A stretch of 64,000 nt of DNA from an uncultured virus (IMG/VR IMGVR_UViG_3300033388_000817) (Duplodnaviria > Heunggongvirae > Uroviricota > Caudoviricetes > Crassvirales): the IMG/VR virus record IMGVR_UViG_3300033388_000817; one strand, written 5' to 3'. Shown here in pieces: positions 16,071-26,581 of the stretch (positions within the stretch are counted from its first letter, which is position 1; every line of letters starts with the position of its first letter). Both the position numbers and the translations under genes were made by a program. Below the pieces are notes generated by a model. It was not told the origin of the DNA and searched no databases. It was given only the letters and a program-made list of their open reading frames with translations.

Positions 16071-17053
16071 TGGATAAAAAAATGAAAACAAATCAAGACG
16101 GTGGTGGCGAAAGTTCAACAGCCCCTGCTAACGAATTAAAAGCAAACCAAAAAGGCGCTGCTAAATATAAGCATGGCGCAGCAGACGGTCACATGAAAGG
16201 TGAAAAAAAAGGTGCAGCTAAATACAAAGGTGCTCATGATTATGATACATCTAAAGGTTCTCACGATCACCCACATGGTGCTGCAAAAATGGGTTACTCT
16301 CAATCTTTTGGAGCTGCAAGAATGAATGGTTATGCTAAAGGAGCTGCGAAAGTAGCTAGTGTAATGAGTTTTGGAGCTTCTAAGTACATGAAACATGGGG
16401 CAGCTGACGCAGGACACGGTGGACCAGAAGGTCACGATCACCCATCAATGACAATAACCTCTAGAGATACTAGCGGTGGTGGAAGTTCTTCTTCTCGCTC
16501 AAACACCACTGGAGGCGGAAGTTCTAGCTCTACGCAATCAACAGATAATTTAGCTAAATACCAAGCAGGTTTAAAAGATTTAGGCCCTGATTTTAAACCC
16601 ACCCAAGCGCAAACAGACGCGGCAAACGCTAGAGTTGCAGAGTTGAAAAAGAAAGACGCGGATGCTGCTGCAGCTAATGCCGCAAATGTAACATCGTCTA
16701 GTAGTTCATCTGACAATACTAACGCTGGTAGTAGTACAACTACTTCTAAGACAACTACATCACCAAACTCGATGGCTGAGACACTTCTTCAATCTAGTAT
16801 TGGAGATGAAAATAGATCACAGAGATTTAATTTTGATAGAGACGAGGCTAATATTACAGCCGCTAATGATTCTATTAATGCTAGAAATAAAGCGTTAGAT
16901 AGATTGCCTAGACATAGACAATTTACGCCACAAGGACAGAATTACGCAGGTAGAGCTGGATCTGTAGCGGCTGCACAATCTAGACGTGATAGCGGTCTTT
17001 TCAGTAGAGAAGAGGTTACTAATATGTTTAGAAGTGGTCAAAATAAACAATAA
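16070..17053 (+). CDS. low-complexity protein with tandem GAA(K/D/R) repeats
   Basis: Likely ATG at 16070; seven GAAx plus GAHD and GASK in the N-terminal third. Confidence 0.75.
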   Translation: MDKKMKTNQDGGGESSTAPANELKANQKGAAKYKHGAADGHMKGEKKGAAKYKGAHDYDTSKGSHDHPHGAAKMGYSQSFGAARMNGYAKGAAKVASVMSFGASKYMKHGAADAGHGGPEGHDHPSMTITSRDTSGGGSSSSRSNTTGGGSSSSTQSTDNLAKYQAGLKDLGPDFKPTQAQTDAANARVAELKKKDADAAAANAANVTSSSSSSDNTNAGSSTTTSKTTTSPNSMAETLLQSSIGDENRSQRFNFDRDEANITAANDSINARNKALDRLPRHRQFTPQGQNYAGRAGSVAAAQSRRDSGLFSREEVTNMFRSGQNKQ

Positions 17054-17059
17054 TAGATT

Positions 17060-17461
17060 TTGAAAAAAATAATTCAATGGCTTACAGGTGGCGTCATCAA
17101 GGAAGTTGGTGACGTCATTGATAAGCTTACAACCACGAAAGAAGAAAAGCTGTTAATTAAAAAGCAAATCCAAGAAATCATGGATAAAGCTAATGCTGAG
17201 GCAGAGAGTCAAATAACAAGGCGTTGGGAAAGCGATATGAGATCAGATTCTTGGCTTTCTAAAAACACACGACCTATGGCTTTAATATTTTTATCTATTA
17301 TGGCTATAGCTTTTATATGGGTTGATAGTCATCATGAAATATCTTTTACCGTAGAACAAGAGTGGATTGGATTATTAAAGCAGTTACTTACAACTGTTTA
17401 TATAGCTTATTTTGGATCACGAGGCGTGGAAAAATTCAAATCTATAAGTAATAATAAATAG
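17060..17461 (+). CDS. putative holin (GTA 3TM-holin-like)
   Basis: RRWESDMRSDSWLSKNTRP, two TM segments, AYFGSRGVEK. Confidence 0.75.
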   Translation: MKKIIQWLTGGVIKEVGDVIDKLTTTKEEKLLIKKQIQEIMDKANAEAESQITRRWESDMRSDSWLSKNTRPMALIFLSIMAIAFIWVDSHHEISFTVEQEWIGLLKQLLTTVYIAYFGSRGVEKFKSISNNK

Positions 17462-17497
17462 TAAGAGTATTAATTAAATTAAATAAAATCTAATAAA

Positions 17498-17839
17498 ATG
17501 AAAAAACTAATATTATCATTATGTTTATTCTGTTCTATTCTAATGTATTCACAAGATAGAAAAGAATTTGCTGGAGTATGGCAAGACATCAATAACGAAG
17601 AAACTGTTTTAGTTGTGTATCACGACAAAATTATTAAATCTTTAAAATTTTGGAACTTTAAATTAGGTGACAAGTTTAACATTAAAGAAAGTTTTTTATA
17701 TGAAAAAAACGGTTTAGTTCAAACAGAGTATGAAGACAATATTAATAATGTCAAATTTATTACCGAGTACAGATTAGAAGATAATATATTAACAAAAGAA
17801 GCAAATGGTATGCTTCAACAATTCACTAAATTAAATTAA
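17498..17839 (+). CDS. secreted/periplasmic protein
   Basis: Signal peptide MKKLILSLCLFCSILMYS-Q (Gln at +1, typical of Bacteroidota). Confidence 0.7.
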   Translation: MKKLILSLCLFCSILMYSQDRKEFAGVWQDINNEETVLVVYHDKIIKSLKFWNFKLGDKFNIKESFLYEKNGLVQTEYEDNINNVKFITEYRLEDNILTKEANGMLQQFTKLN

Positions 17840-17844
17840 ATAAA

Positions 17845-18117
17845 ATGGCAGAAAGCTTTAAAATTACAGAAGAAGAGTTAAAAGTTGTTCAAGAACAACA
17901 AGTCAATTATCAAAAAATAATAGAGCAATTAGGTTTGTCTGACGTGAGAAAGCACACGCTTTTATCTCAATTAGATGTACTACTCCCTAAAATAGAAGAA
18001 AACAAACAAGCTCTTGAAGAGAAATACGGCTCTATTAATATAAACATACAAACAGGCGAATACACTGAAATAGAGAAAGATGATGGTGAAACAGCTGTTG
18101 TTAAAGCTGAAGACTAA
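17845..18117 (+). CDS. coiled-coil hypothetical protein
   Basis: LEEKYGSININIQTGEY motif. Confidence 0.7.
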   Translation: MAESFKITEEELKVVQEQQVNYQKIIEQLGLSDVRKHTLLSQLDVLLPKIEENKQALEEKYGSININIQTGEYTEIEKDDGETAVVKAED

Positions 18118-18344
18118 TGACTAACGTAATAAGAAAAATCAGTATAGGTACTGATTATAAAAGCGATGCTATGCACTACTCTGTTGGACAAAGTGTCTAT
18201 GGTGGTCATGAAATTGCCTATATAACTCAAGACCAAAAAGATAATTCTTATAATATTCACATAAAGAAAAACAATGAGGTATTGCCATGGAAGAAATTTA
18301 ATTCTAACATGGCTATATCCATTGAGTACGATTTAGAGTATTAA
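18117..18344 (+). CDS. hypothetical protein
   Basis: 75 aa, TAATG translational coupling. Confidence 0.75.
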   Translation: MTNVIRKISIGTDYKSDAMHYSVGQSVYGGHEIAYITQDQKDNSYNIHIKKNNEVLPWKKFNSNMAISIEYDLEY

Positions 18345-18949
18345 TGAAAAGCTTATATGATTTCATAGTAAAACCTCTAGGAAATACTTATGAAAATAAA
18401 AAAACAATAGGTGACAAAGAACTTATATTAAATACTAAAATTGAAAGTTTTAAATTCGTAAATAATGTAGCGGAGGTTATTGAAACTCCAGCTGCTTATG
18501 AAACTATTATAAAAAAAGGCGATTTAATATTAATACACCATAATGTTTTTAGAACTTTTTATAGTATGCAAGGTGTAAAGAAAAAATCAAGATCTTATTT
18601 TAAAGATGATCTGTTTTTTTGTGCTCTTGATCAAATATACTTATGTAAGAATAAGAGCAAATGGAAAGCTGTAAACAATAGATGTTTTGTTAAACCTTTA
18701 AAATCTAAAGACAAATTAACAACAAATAAAGAACAGCACCTGATTGGTATACTTAAAATAGGTAATAGTTCCTTAGAAGCGCTAGGAATAAACGAGGGAG
18801 ACTGTGTTGGTTATACTCCTTATGGGGAATATGATTTTAATGTAGAAAACGAGCGTTTATATTGTATGAAATCTAATGATATTGTAATTAAATATGGAAA
18901 TAAAGAAAACCAAGAAGAGTATAATCCAAGCTGGGCAAATAGCGGTTGA
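18344..18949 (+). CDS. GroES-like protein with two tandem cpn10-like domains
   Basis: MKSLYDFIVKP...IKKGDLI and KAVNNRCFVKP...GINEGDCV...MKSNDIV. Confidence 0.6.
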   Translation: MKSLYDFIVKPLGNTYENKKTIGDKELILNTKIESFKFVNNVAEVIETPAAYETIIKKGDLILIHHNVFRTFYSMQGVKKKSRSYFKDDLFFCALDQIYLCKNKSKWKAVNNRCFVKPLKSKDKLTTNKEQHLIGILKIGNSSLEALGINEGDCVGYTPYGEYDFNVENERLYCMKSNDIVIKYGNKENQEEYNPSWANSG

Positions 18950-19169
18950 AGAACTAATAAAGGTCGCTAAAGAGCCCATTATAGATTTTGGCCCTGACAT
19001 TTCAGCAGATAGACTTAAAAATGCTGCAGCTACTAAAAAGTTAGCTATATTTGATGCTTTTGAGATATTACAAAGAATACAAGAAGAAGAAAATATTATA
19101 AACGAAAAACCAAAAGAAGTTAAAGAAGAAAAAGCTTTTAAGGGTTTTGCAGAAGGAAGATCTAAGTAA
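18894..19169 (+). CDS. putative terminase small subunit
   Basis: Small helical protein immediately upstream of terL; call is by position only. Confidence 0.45.
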   Translation: MEIKKTKKSIIQAGQIAVEELIKVAKEPIIDFGPDISADRLKNAAATKKLAIFDAFEILQRIQEEENIINEKPKEVKEEKAFKGFAEGRSK

Positions 19170-21379
19170 TGTATACGCAAGATCTTTTTACTATTGTTGA
19201 AGACCACATAAAACCTAAAGTTCTAAAAAGAATGAATAGGTATGGAAAATGGGAGTATGGTTACAATGAAGAACATGATATAGTTATTATATCTAAAACA
19301 GGAAAAATTGGTGAAATATATAAAATACAAAATTTATATATAGGGCTACCTGAGGTTCCTAAAGATGTTGTTAAATTTAAAAACAACAAATGGAATAGAG
19401 AAACACTACCAGTTGCTTTCAAAAAAATCAAAACAATTTTTGATTGGGAAGAATACCCAGTTGATTTTAAAGAAAAATGGTATGATTATATTGATAAAGA
19501 ATTTAATAGAAGAGAACAAGGTTTTTGGTTCTATAATAAGAGTGTGGCTACTTACCTTACTGGTACTCACTATATGTACTTGCAGTGGTCCAAAATTGAT
19601 GTTGGGAAACCAGACTTTAGAGAAGCAAACAGATTATTCTTCATATTCTGGGAAGCTTGTAAAGCAGACATCAGGTGTTATGGAATGTGTTATCTCAAAA
19701 ACCGTAGAAGCGGATTTTCGTTTATGGCATCAGGAGAGGTGGTTAATCTTGCAACTATTAATTCCGATTCACGATACGGCATACTGTCCAAATCTGGGGC
19801 CGACGCCAAGACAATGTTTACAGATAAAGTCGTCCCAATATCGGTCAATTATCCGTTCTTTTTTAAACCGATACAGGACGGAATGGATCGTCCCAAGACC
19901 GAACTCGCCTATAGAGTACCGGCCTCCAAGTTCACCAGGAGGAAACTCATCGCCAACGAGACCGCGGCCGATCTTGAGGGACTCGATACCACTATCGATT
20001 GGAAAAACACGGGCGACAATGCCTATGATGGGGAGAAACTCAAACTCCTCGTCCACGATGAATCCGGTAAATGGGAGAGGCCGAACAACATCCTCAACAA
20101 CTGGCGTGTTACGAAAACCACCCTTAGATTAGGTAGTAGAATTATTGGTAAGTGTATGATGGGATCAACATCTAACGCTTTAGATAAAGGAGGTGATAAC
20201 TTCAAGAAATTATATTATGACTCAGATGTTACAGAAAGAAACGCCAACGGACAGACTCGCAGCGGACTCTATTCTTTGTTCATACCTATGGAATGGAACT
20301 ACGAAGGATACATTGATTCTTATGGCGTACCTGTATTCGACACACCAAAAACACCGGTTGAAGACCCTCACGGGGTAAAAATAAAACAAGGAGTAATAGA
20401 GTATTGGCAAAACGAAGTTGATGGTTTAAAGCAAGATCAAGACGCATTAAATGAATTTTACAGACAATTTCCGAGAACTGAAGAACACGCTTTCAGAGAC
20501 GAAGCCAAATCTTCGTTATTTAATTTAACTAAAATTTACGAGCAAATAGATTACAATGGTGATGTTGGTAAAACAAAGCTAGTAACTAGAGGAGATTTTT
20601 ACTGGGAAAATGGAATAAAAGATACACGCGTTCTTTTTGCACCTAAAAATAATGGTAAGTTTTATATATCATGGGTACCAGACGTTAGTCAGCAAAATAG
20701 TATTATAATAAAGAGAGGTATAAAGTACCCAGCTAACGAGCATATGGGGGCTTTTGGATGTGACTCTTATGACATATCAGGAACAGTAGATGGTAGAGGC
20801 TCTAATGGATCTTTGCACGGCTTAACTAAATTTAGCATGGAGAACGCTCCTGCGAATCATTTCTTTTTAGAATATATAGCAAGACCTCAAACTGCTGAAA
20901 TGTTTTTTGAAGATGTTTTAATGGCTTGTATTTTTTATGGCATGCCTATATTAGCAGAAAATAATAAACCTAGATTACTTTATCATTTTAAAAGAAGAGG
21001 TTATAGAGGTTTTGCAATGAATAGACCAGATAAATTAAAACTATCTGTTACAGAAAGAGAAATAGGTGGAATACCTAACTCATCAGAAGATATTAAACAA
21101 GCCCACGCAGCTGCTATAGAATCTTATATAGAGGACTTTGTGGGTTTAAAACAAAATGGAACATACGGAGATGTTTATTTTCAAAGAACATTAAACGACT
21201 GGTCTAAATTTAATATAAATAACAGAACAAAACACGATGCATCTATAAGTTCTGGTTTAGCAATAATGGCTTGCAACAAAAATAAATATAGACCAATACC
21301 TACAATTACAAGAAAAACTTATGATCTTGGTTTTAAAAGATATAATAATAAAGGAACAATATCAAAAATAATTGAATAA
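19169..21379 (+). CDS. terL: terminase large subunit
   Basis: Walker A variant LKNRRSGFS, Walker B LLVHDESGK, MMGST coupling motif, nuclease motif AFGCDSYD. Confidence 0.92.
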   Translation: MYTQDLFTIVEDHIKPKVLKRMNRYGKWEYGYNEEHDIVIISKTGKIGEIYKIQNLYIGLPEVPKDVVKFKNNKWNRETLPVAFKKIKTIFDWEEYPVDFKEKWYDYIDKEFNRREQGFWFYNKSVATYLTGTHYMYLQWSKIDVGKPDFREANRLFFIFWEACKADIRCYGMCYLKNRRSGFSFMASGEVVNLATINSDSRYGILSKSGADAKTMFTDKVVPISVNYPFFFKPIQDGMDRPKTELAYRVPASKFTRRKLIANETAADLEGLDTTIDWKNTGDNAYDGEKLKLLVHDESGKWERPNNILNNWRVTKTTLRLGSRIIGKCMMGSTSNALDKGGDNFKKLYYDSDVTERNANGQTRSGLYSLFIPMEWNYEGYIDSYGVPVFDTPKTPVEDPHGVKIKQGVIEYWQNEVDGLKQDQDALNEFYRQFPRTEEHAFRDEAKSSLFNLTKIYEQIDYNGDVGKTKLVTRGDFYWENGIKDTRVLFAPKNNGKFYISWVPDVSQQNSIIIKRGIKYPANEHMGAFGCDSYDISGTVDGRGSNGSLHGLTKFSMENAPANHFFLEYIARPQTAEMFFEDVLMACIFYGMPILAENNKPRLLYHFKRRGYRGFAMNRPDKLKLSVTEREIGGIPNSSEDIKQAHAAAIESYIEDFVGLKQNGTYGDVYFQRTLNDWSKFNINNRTKHDASISSGLAIMACNKNKYRPIPTITRKTYDLGFKRYNNKGTISKIIE

Positions 21380-23791
21380 ATGAAAATGTACACTAACTCA
21401 AATAGCGCATTTCCTAGTCAGGTAGTACCGGATTATGAAAAAGCTTCATGGGAATACGGTTCACAAGTGGCGCAAGCTATTGAGACAGAGTGGTTTAATC
21501 AAGGCCGAACTAACGGTAATAGATATCTTACTAGTTTTAATAATTTTCATCATTTAAGATTATATGCTAGAGGCGAACAACCTGTTCAAAAATATAAAGA
21601 TGAGTTATCTATAAACGGTGACTTAAGCTACTTAAATCTAGATTGGAAGCCAGTTCCTATATTGTCTAAATTTGTGGACATTGTTGTAAATGGTATATCT
21701 AGCAAAGAATACGATATAAAAGCTTATTCTCAAGATCCTGCATCTGTCAAGAAAAGAACTATGTATGCAACTGCTGTTGCGGAGGATATGTTTGCTAAAG
21801 AGCAAATGCAAGCTGCTGAAGATTTACTAGGAGTTCAATTACAAAGAACAAGTATCCCTCCAGCAGATTTACCAGAAACAAAAGAAGAATTAGAATTACA
21901 CTTACAGTTAAGTTATAAACAAGCTATTGAAATAGCAGAAGAAGAAGCTATAACACAGACTTTAGCTAAAAATAAATGGGAACTTACTAAAAGAAGATTA
22001 AATGAAGATCTTGTCGTATGTGGAATAGCGTGCGCAAAAACTAATTTTAATGTTGCTAATGGTATAACTTTAGACTACGTTGATCCTTCTTATTTAGTAT
22101 ATTCTTATACTGAAGACCCTAATTTCCAAGACATATATTATGTTGGTGAAGTTAAATCAATAACTATACCAGAACTTAAAAAACAGTTTCCTAATATTCC
22201 AGAAGATGAATTACAAAGAATTCAAGAAATGCCTGGTAATAGACAATATATAACTGGATGGGGTAACTATGATAACAACACGGTTCAAGTTTTATATTTT
22301 GAGTACAAAACCTATATGAATCAAGTTTTTAAATTAAAAAGAACTGAAAACGGGTTAGAAAAAATAATAGAAAAAACAGACGAATTCAATCCTCCGCCAA
22401 ATGACGGGTTTGAAAGAGTAGGTAGAAGTATAGAAGTATTATATACTGGTGCTAAAGTACTAGGAACAAATACAATGCTTAAGTGGGAATTAGCAGAAAA
22501 TATGACAAGACCAGCTGCTGATACTACTAAGGTGGAGATGAACTACTCTATAGTTGCGCCAAGAATGTACAAGGGTAGAATAGAATCTATTGTAAGTAGA
22601 TGTACAGGTTTTGCAGACATGATACAGTTAACGCATTTAAAAATGCAGCAAGTATTAGCTAGAATGGTTCCAGATGGTGTGTTCTTAGACATGGACGGTT
22701 TAGCAGAAGTTGATCTAGGTAATGGAACAAATTATAATCCAGCTGAAGCGTTGAATATGTATTTTCAAACAGGTAGTATAGTTGGTAGATCGCTAACACA
22801 AGATGGTGATCCAAATAGAGGTAAGGTGCCTATTCAAGAATTACAATCATCTGCAGGTGGACAAAAATTAGCAGCGCTTATACAAACGTATCAATACTAT
22901 CTACAAATGATACGTGATGTCACGGGTCTTAATGAAGCTAGAGACGGTAGTTTACCTGATAAAGATGCTTTAGTAGGTCTCGCTAAGATGGCAGCTAATC
23001 AATCTAATATAGCTACAAAACACATAAATCAAGGTAGTTTATATATTGCTTTAAAAATATGTGAAAACATATCTTTAAAATTAGCAGATGCTTTGAGTTA
23101 CCCTCTAACCGCTAATGCTTTGGTAGAAGGTATATCTGTTTATAATGTAGAGACATTAAGGGAAATATCTAATTTGAATTTACACGATTTTGGTATATTT
23201 TTAGAATTAGAACCTGACGATGAAGAGAAGGCACAGCTAGAACAAAATATACAAGTTGCTTTACAATCTGGAGGTATTGACTTAGAAGATGCTATTGATA
23301 TTCGTCAAATAAAAAACTTAAAACTAGCAAATCAATTATTAAAACAAAAACGTAAAAAGAAATTAGCTAGAGAAAAAGCAAATCAAGAAAGAATGATAGC
23401 TGCTCAGGGTGAAGCTGCGGCTAAAACAGCAGAGCAAACCGCATTAGCAGAGACTCAAAAGCAAGCGGCGCTAACTCAACAAAAGGTTAGTATAGAAAAA
23501 GCTAAGTCTCAGTTTGAAATAAGTAGAATGGAAACTGAGATGCAAATAAAAGCTAAATTAATGCAGCAAGAATATGGTTATCAATTTCAGTTGGCTCAAA
23601 TAAAAACAGGTGCTGAAGGTTCTAAAGAAAAAGAAATTGAAGACCGTAAAGACAAGAGACTAAAAATGCAAGGTACTCAACAGAGTAAATTGATACAACA
23701 GAGACAAAATGACTCTAACCCTGTTGATTTTGAAACTACAGGAGAAAATAATTTAGGATTTAACATAGAAGAGTTGATGCCTAAAGTTTAA
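21380..23791 (+). CDS. portal protein
   Basis: 803 aa following terL; IRDVTGLNEARDG motif; coiled-coil C-terminus. Confidence 0.85.
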   Translation: MKMYTNSNSAFPSQVVPDYEKASWEYGSQVAQAIETEWFNQGRTNGNRYLTSFNNFHHLRLYARGEQPVQKYKDELSINGDLSYLNLDWKPVPILSKFVDIVVNGISSKEYDIKAYSQDPASVKKRTMYATAVAEDMFAKEQMQAAEDLLGVQLQRTSIPPADLPETKEELELHLQLSYKQAIEIAEEEAITQTLAKNKWELTKRRLNEDLVVCGIACAKTNFNVANGITLDYVDPSYLVYSYTEDPNFQDIYYVGEVKSITIPELKKQFPNIPEDELQRIQEMPGNRQYITGWGNYDNNTVQVLYFEYKTYMNQVFKLKRTENGLEKIIEKTDEFNPPPNDGFERVGRSIEVLYTGAKVLGTNTMLKWELAENMTRPAADTTKVEMNYSIVAPRMYKGRIESIVSRCTGFADMIQLTHLKMQQVLARMVPDGVFLDMDGLAEVDLGNGTNYNPAEALNMYFQTGSIVGRSLTQDGDPNRGKVPIQELQSSAGGQKLAALIQTYQYYLQMIRDVTGLNEARDGSLPDKDALVGLAKMAANQSNIATKHINQGSLYIALKICENISLKLADALSYPLTANALVEGISVYNVETLREISNLNLHDFGIFLELEPDDEEKAQLEQNIQVALQSGGIDLEDAIDIRQIKNLKLANQLLKQKRKKKLAREKANQERMIAAQGEAAAKTAEQTALAETQKQAALTQQKVSIEKAKSQFEISRMETEMQIKAKLMQQEYGYQFQLAQIKTGAEGSKEKEIEDRKDKRLKMQGTQQSKLIQQRQNDSNPVDFETTGENNLGFNIEELMPKV

Positions 23792-23811
23792 CTATTTAAT
23801 TATATTATATT

Positions 23812-25023
23812 ATGTCAGAAAACACAAAGACCGAAGAGGTCAAACAAGAAGGTGATTTTAAGATTAAAAAGAAAAAAACACCAAAAAACTTAGGACATCT
23901 CAGTAGTAGTGATCCTGTAAAAGTAGATTTAACAAAACCAGAAGCAACAGGTGAAATACAACCGGATGTTGTAAAGGTTGAAATACCAAAAGAAGACAAT
24001 GCCATTCGTATCGGAGAAACAGGAGATGTTCCTGAAGAAAAACAAGCCGGAGATTTGGTTGAAGTGGACAAACAAGTACAAGAGCCCAGCGAGGTTGTTG
24101 AAGAAGTCACTCCACTCCAAGAAATAACCGACGAAGAAGTTAAAGAGGTTAAACAAGAAGCTCAAGAAGCTGTAAGAGATCAACAGATCTTAGGAAAACC
24201 TTTACCGGAAAATGTAGAAAAACTAGTTTCTTTTATGGAAGAAACAGGTGGAAGCGTAGAAGACTACGTGGCATTAAACAAAGATTACTCTAAGCTTAAT
24301 AGCTCAGAGGTTTTAAAAGAATATTATCTTAAATCCAAACCACACTTAGATTTAGAAGAAATAGCTTTCTTAATGGAAGATAACTTTAAGTATGATGAGG
24401 ACGTAGATGAAGAGCGAGCTATACGTAAAAAGAAACTCGCTTATAAAGAAGAAGTTGCAAAAGCAAAACAATACTTAGAAAGCTCTAAGAGTAAGTATTA
24501 CGACGAGATCAAGTTGAGACCGGGCGTAACTCAAGAGCAGCAAGAAGCGTTAAGCTTTTATGACCGATATAAAAAGCAGCAAGAAAAAGCTCAAGCACAA
24601 CACGGTGATTTTAGAGATCGTACTAAAAAATTATTCAATAAAGAATTCAAAGGTTTTGATTTTAATGTGGGGGATAAGAAATTTAGATACGGTGTTAAAG
24701 ACCCGGCTAAGGTAGGTGAAACTCAAATAGATGTTCAGAATTTCGTAGGTAAGTATTTAGACAAAGACGGAAATATGACAGATCCAAGTGGATATCACAA
24801 AGCTATGTACGCTGCAATGAATGCTGATAAATTAGCTCATCATTTTTACGAACAAGGAAAAGCTGATGGCATCAAAGGTGTTATTACAAATTCTAAAAAT
24901 CCATCACAAGACGGACCTAGGCAAGTTGCCGATGGAAATGTTTTTATAAATGGATTAAAAGTAAAGTCGATTAGTGGTTTAGATTCATCAAAATTAAAAA
25001 TAAAAACAAAAAAGTTTAACTAA
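23812..25023 (+). CDS. capsid scaffolding protein
   Basis: Acidic disordered N-terminus, coiled coil, YEQGKADG; lies between portal and capsid genes. Confidence 0.7.
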   Translation: MSENTKTEEVKQEGDFKIKKKKTPKNLGHLSSSDPVKVDLTKPEATGEIQPDVVKVEIPKEDNAIRIGETGDVPEEKQAGDLVEVDKQVQEPSEVVEEVTPLQEITDEEVKEVKQEAQEAVRDQQILGKPLPENVEKLVSFMEETGGSVEDYVALNKDYSKLNSSEVLKEYYLKSKPHLDLEEIAFLMEDNFKYDEDVDEERAIRKKKLAYKEEVAKAKQYLESSKSKYYDEIKLRPGVTQEQQEALSFYDRYKKQQEKAQAQHGDFRDRTKKLFNKEFKGFDFNVGDKKFRYGVKDPAKVGETQIDVQNFVGKYLDKDGNMTDPSGYHKAMYAAMNADKLAHHFYEQGKADGIKGVITNSKNPSQDGPRQVADGNVFINGLKVKSISGLDSSKLKIKTKKFN

Positions 25024-25038
25024 TTAAAATTAAAAATT

Positions 25039-26505
25039 ATGGCTTTATCCCCACAGTTTGGAAGTATAGTACCTTCTCAAACTCAACAATTACTTCAACA
25101 GAACTATCTTACATTCGATGGCGCTGCTGGTGGTAACTTTGCACAGCAATATTTACCAGAGCTTTACGAAGCTGAAGTAGAAAGATACGGTAACAGAACG
25201 TTATCCGGATTTTTAAGAATGGTAGGCGCTGAAATGCCTATGACTTCTGATCAAGTAATTTGGTCTGAACAAAATAGATTACATATATCTTACGCTGATT
25301 GTGCGATCGCTGCTAATGCTGGCGGTGGTGCAAATCTAGGTATTGATATTACTAACGGTGGTGCAAACACGCAGGTAAACAATGTTGTTTCTCCAGCTTC
25401 AACAGTTGTCGTTATGGACGACTTTGGTGGTGAATTAAAATGTTTTGTAGATGCTTCTAATAGCGCTACTGGTCTTATATCTGTACAACCTTATACTGCC
25501 GCTGATCTATCTGGTTTAACTGGTTTGGTAAAAGTATTTGTATACGGTTCTGATTACCAAAAAGGACAGAGTTCAGCTCAAGCTATTTCTGGTGCAAACG
25601 CAATCGGAGGTGCTAATCCTATGATTACTGTAAACCCTCAGTTTACTACTTTTAGCAATAATCCTATTATCATTAGAAGCCAATATTCTATTAATGGTTC
25701 TGACACTGCTCAGATCGGTTGGGTAGAAGTTGCTACTGAAGATGGAACAGGAGGTTACTTATGGTATTTAAAAGCTGAATCTGAAACTAGACTACGTTTC
25801 GAAGATTACCTAGAAATGTCTATGGTTGAAGGTGAGCTTAAAAATGCTGCTGTATCTCCTATCGCTGGAGCTGCTGGTGTAGGTATTATTGGTACTGAAG
25901 GTTTATTTGCTGCTATCCAAAACGGAGGTAACGTAGAAGTAGGATTTACTGCTGCTGCTGGTATCGACGCTTTCGACGCAATACTTAAAAACCTAGATAC
26001 TCAAGGAGCTATCGAAGAAAACATGTTATTCTTGAACAGAAATACTGCTCTTGATTTTGACGATATGTTAGCTTCTATCTCTGGAGGTTATGCAGGTGGT
26101 ACTGCTTTTGGTCTTTTCGAAAACTCTGAAGAAATGGCATTGAACTTAGGATTCTCAGGATTCCGTAGAGGTTCTTATGATTTCTATAAAACAGATTGGA
26201 AATACTTAAACGACGCTTCAACACGTGGCGCAATGACTGGTCCTGCTTCAATTGAAGGAGTATTAGTTCCTGCAGGTACTTCTACTGTTTATGACCAAAT
26301 CTTAGGTACAAACATTAGACGTCCTTTCTTACACGTAAGATACAGAGCTTCTCAAGCTGATGACAGACGAATGAAATCATGGCTAACTGGTTCAGTTGGT
26401 GGTGCATTTACTTCTACGTTAGATGCAATGGAAGTTAACTTCTTATCTGAAAGATGCTTAGTGACTCAAGCTAGAAACAACTTTGTATTATTCAAAGGTA
26501 TCTAG
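25039..26505 (+). CDS. major capsid protein
   Basis: 488 aa, biased codon use, GTEGLFAAI; follows scaffold and is followed by a hairpin. Confidence 0.85.
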   Translation: MALSPQFGSIVPSQTQQLLQQNYLTFDGAAGGNFAQQYLPELYEAEVERYGNRTLSGFLRMVGAEMPMTSDQVIWSEQNRLHISYADCAIAANAGGGANLGIDITNGGANTQVNNVVSPASTVVVMDDFGGELKCFVDASNSATGLISVQPYTAADLSGLTGLVKVFVYGSDYQKGQSSAQAISGANAIGGANPMITVNPQFTTFSNNPIIIRSQYSINGSDTAQIGWVEVATEDGTGGYLWYLKAESETRLRFEDYLEMSMVEGELKNAAVSPIAGAAGVGIIGTEGLFAAIQNGGNVEVGFTAAAGIDAFDAILKNLDTQGAIEENMLFLNRNTALDFDDMLASISGGYAGGTAFGLFENSEEMALNLGFSGFRRGSYDFYKTDWKYLNDASTRGAMTGPASIEGVLVPAGTSTVYDQILGTNIRRPFLHVRYRASQADDRRMKSWLTGSVGGAFTSTLDAMEVNFLSERCLVTQARNNFVLFKGI

Positions 26506-26521
26506 TATATTAATGTAATTC

Positions 26522-26548
26522 TTACCCTCGTTATATCAACGGGGGTAA
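26522..26548 (+). terminator. stem-loop after the major capsid gene
   Basis: TTACCCTCGTT-ATATC-AACGGGGGTAA. Confidence 0.65.
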
Positions 26549-26581
26549 TTATTACACTTATTAATTTTATTATATTATATT

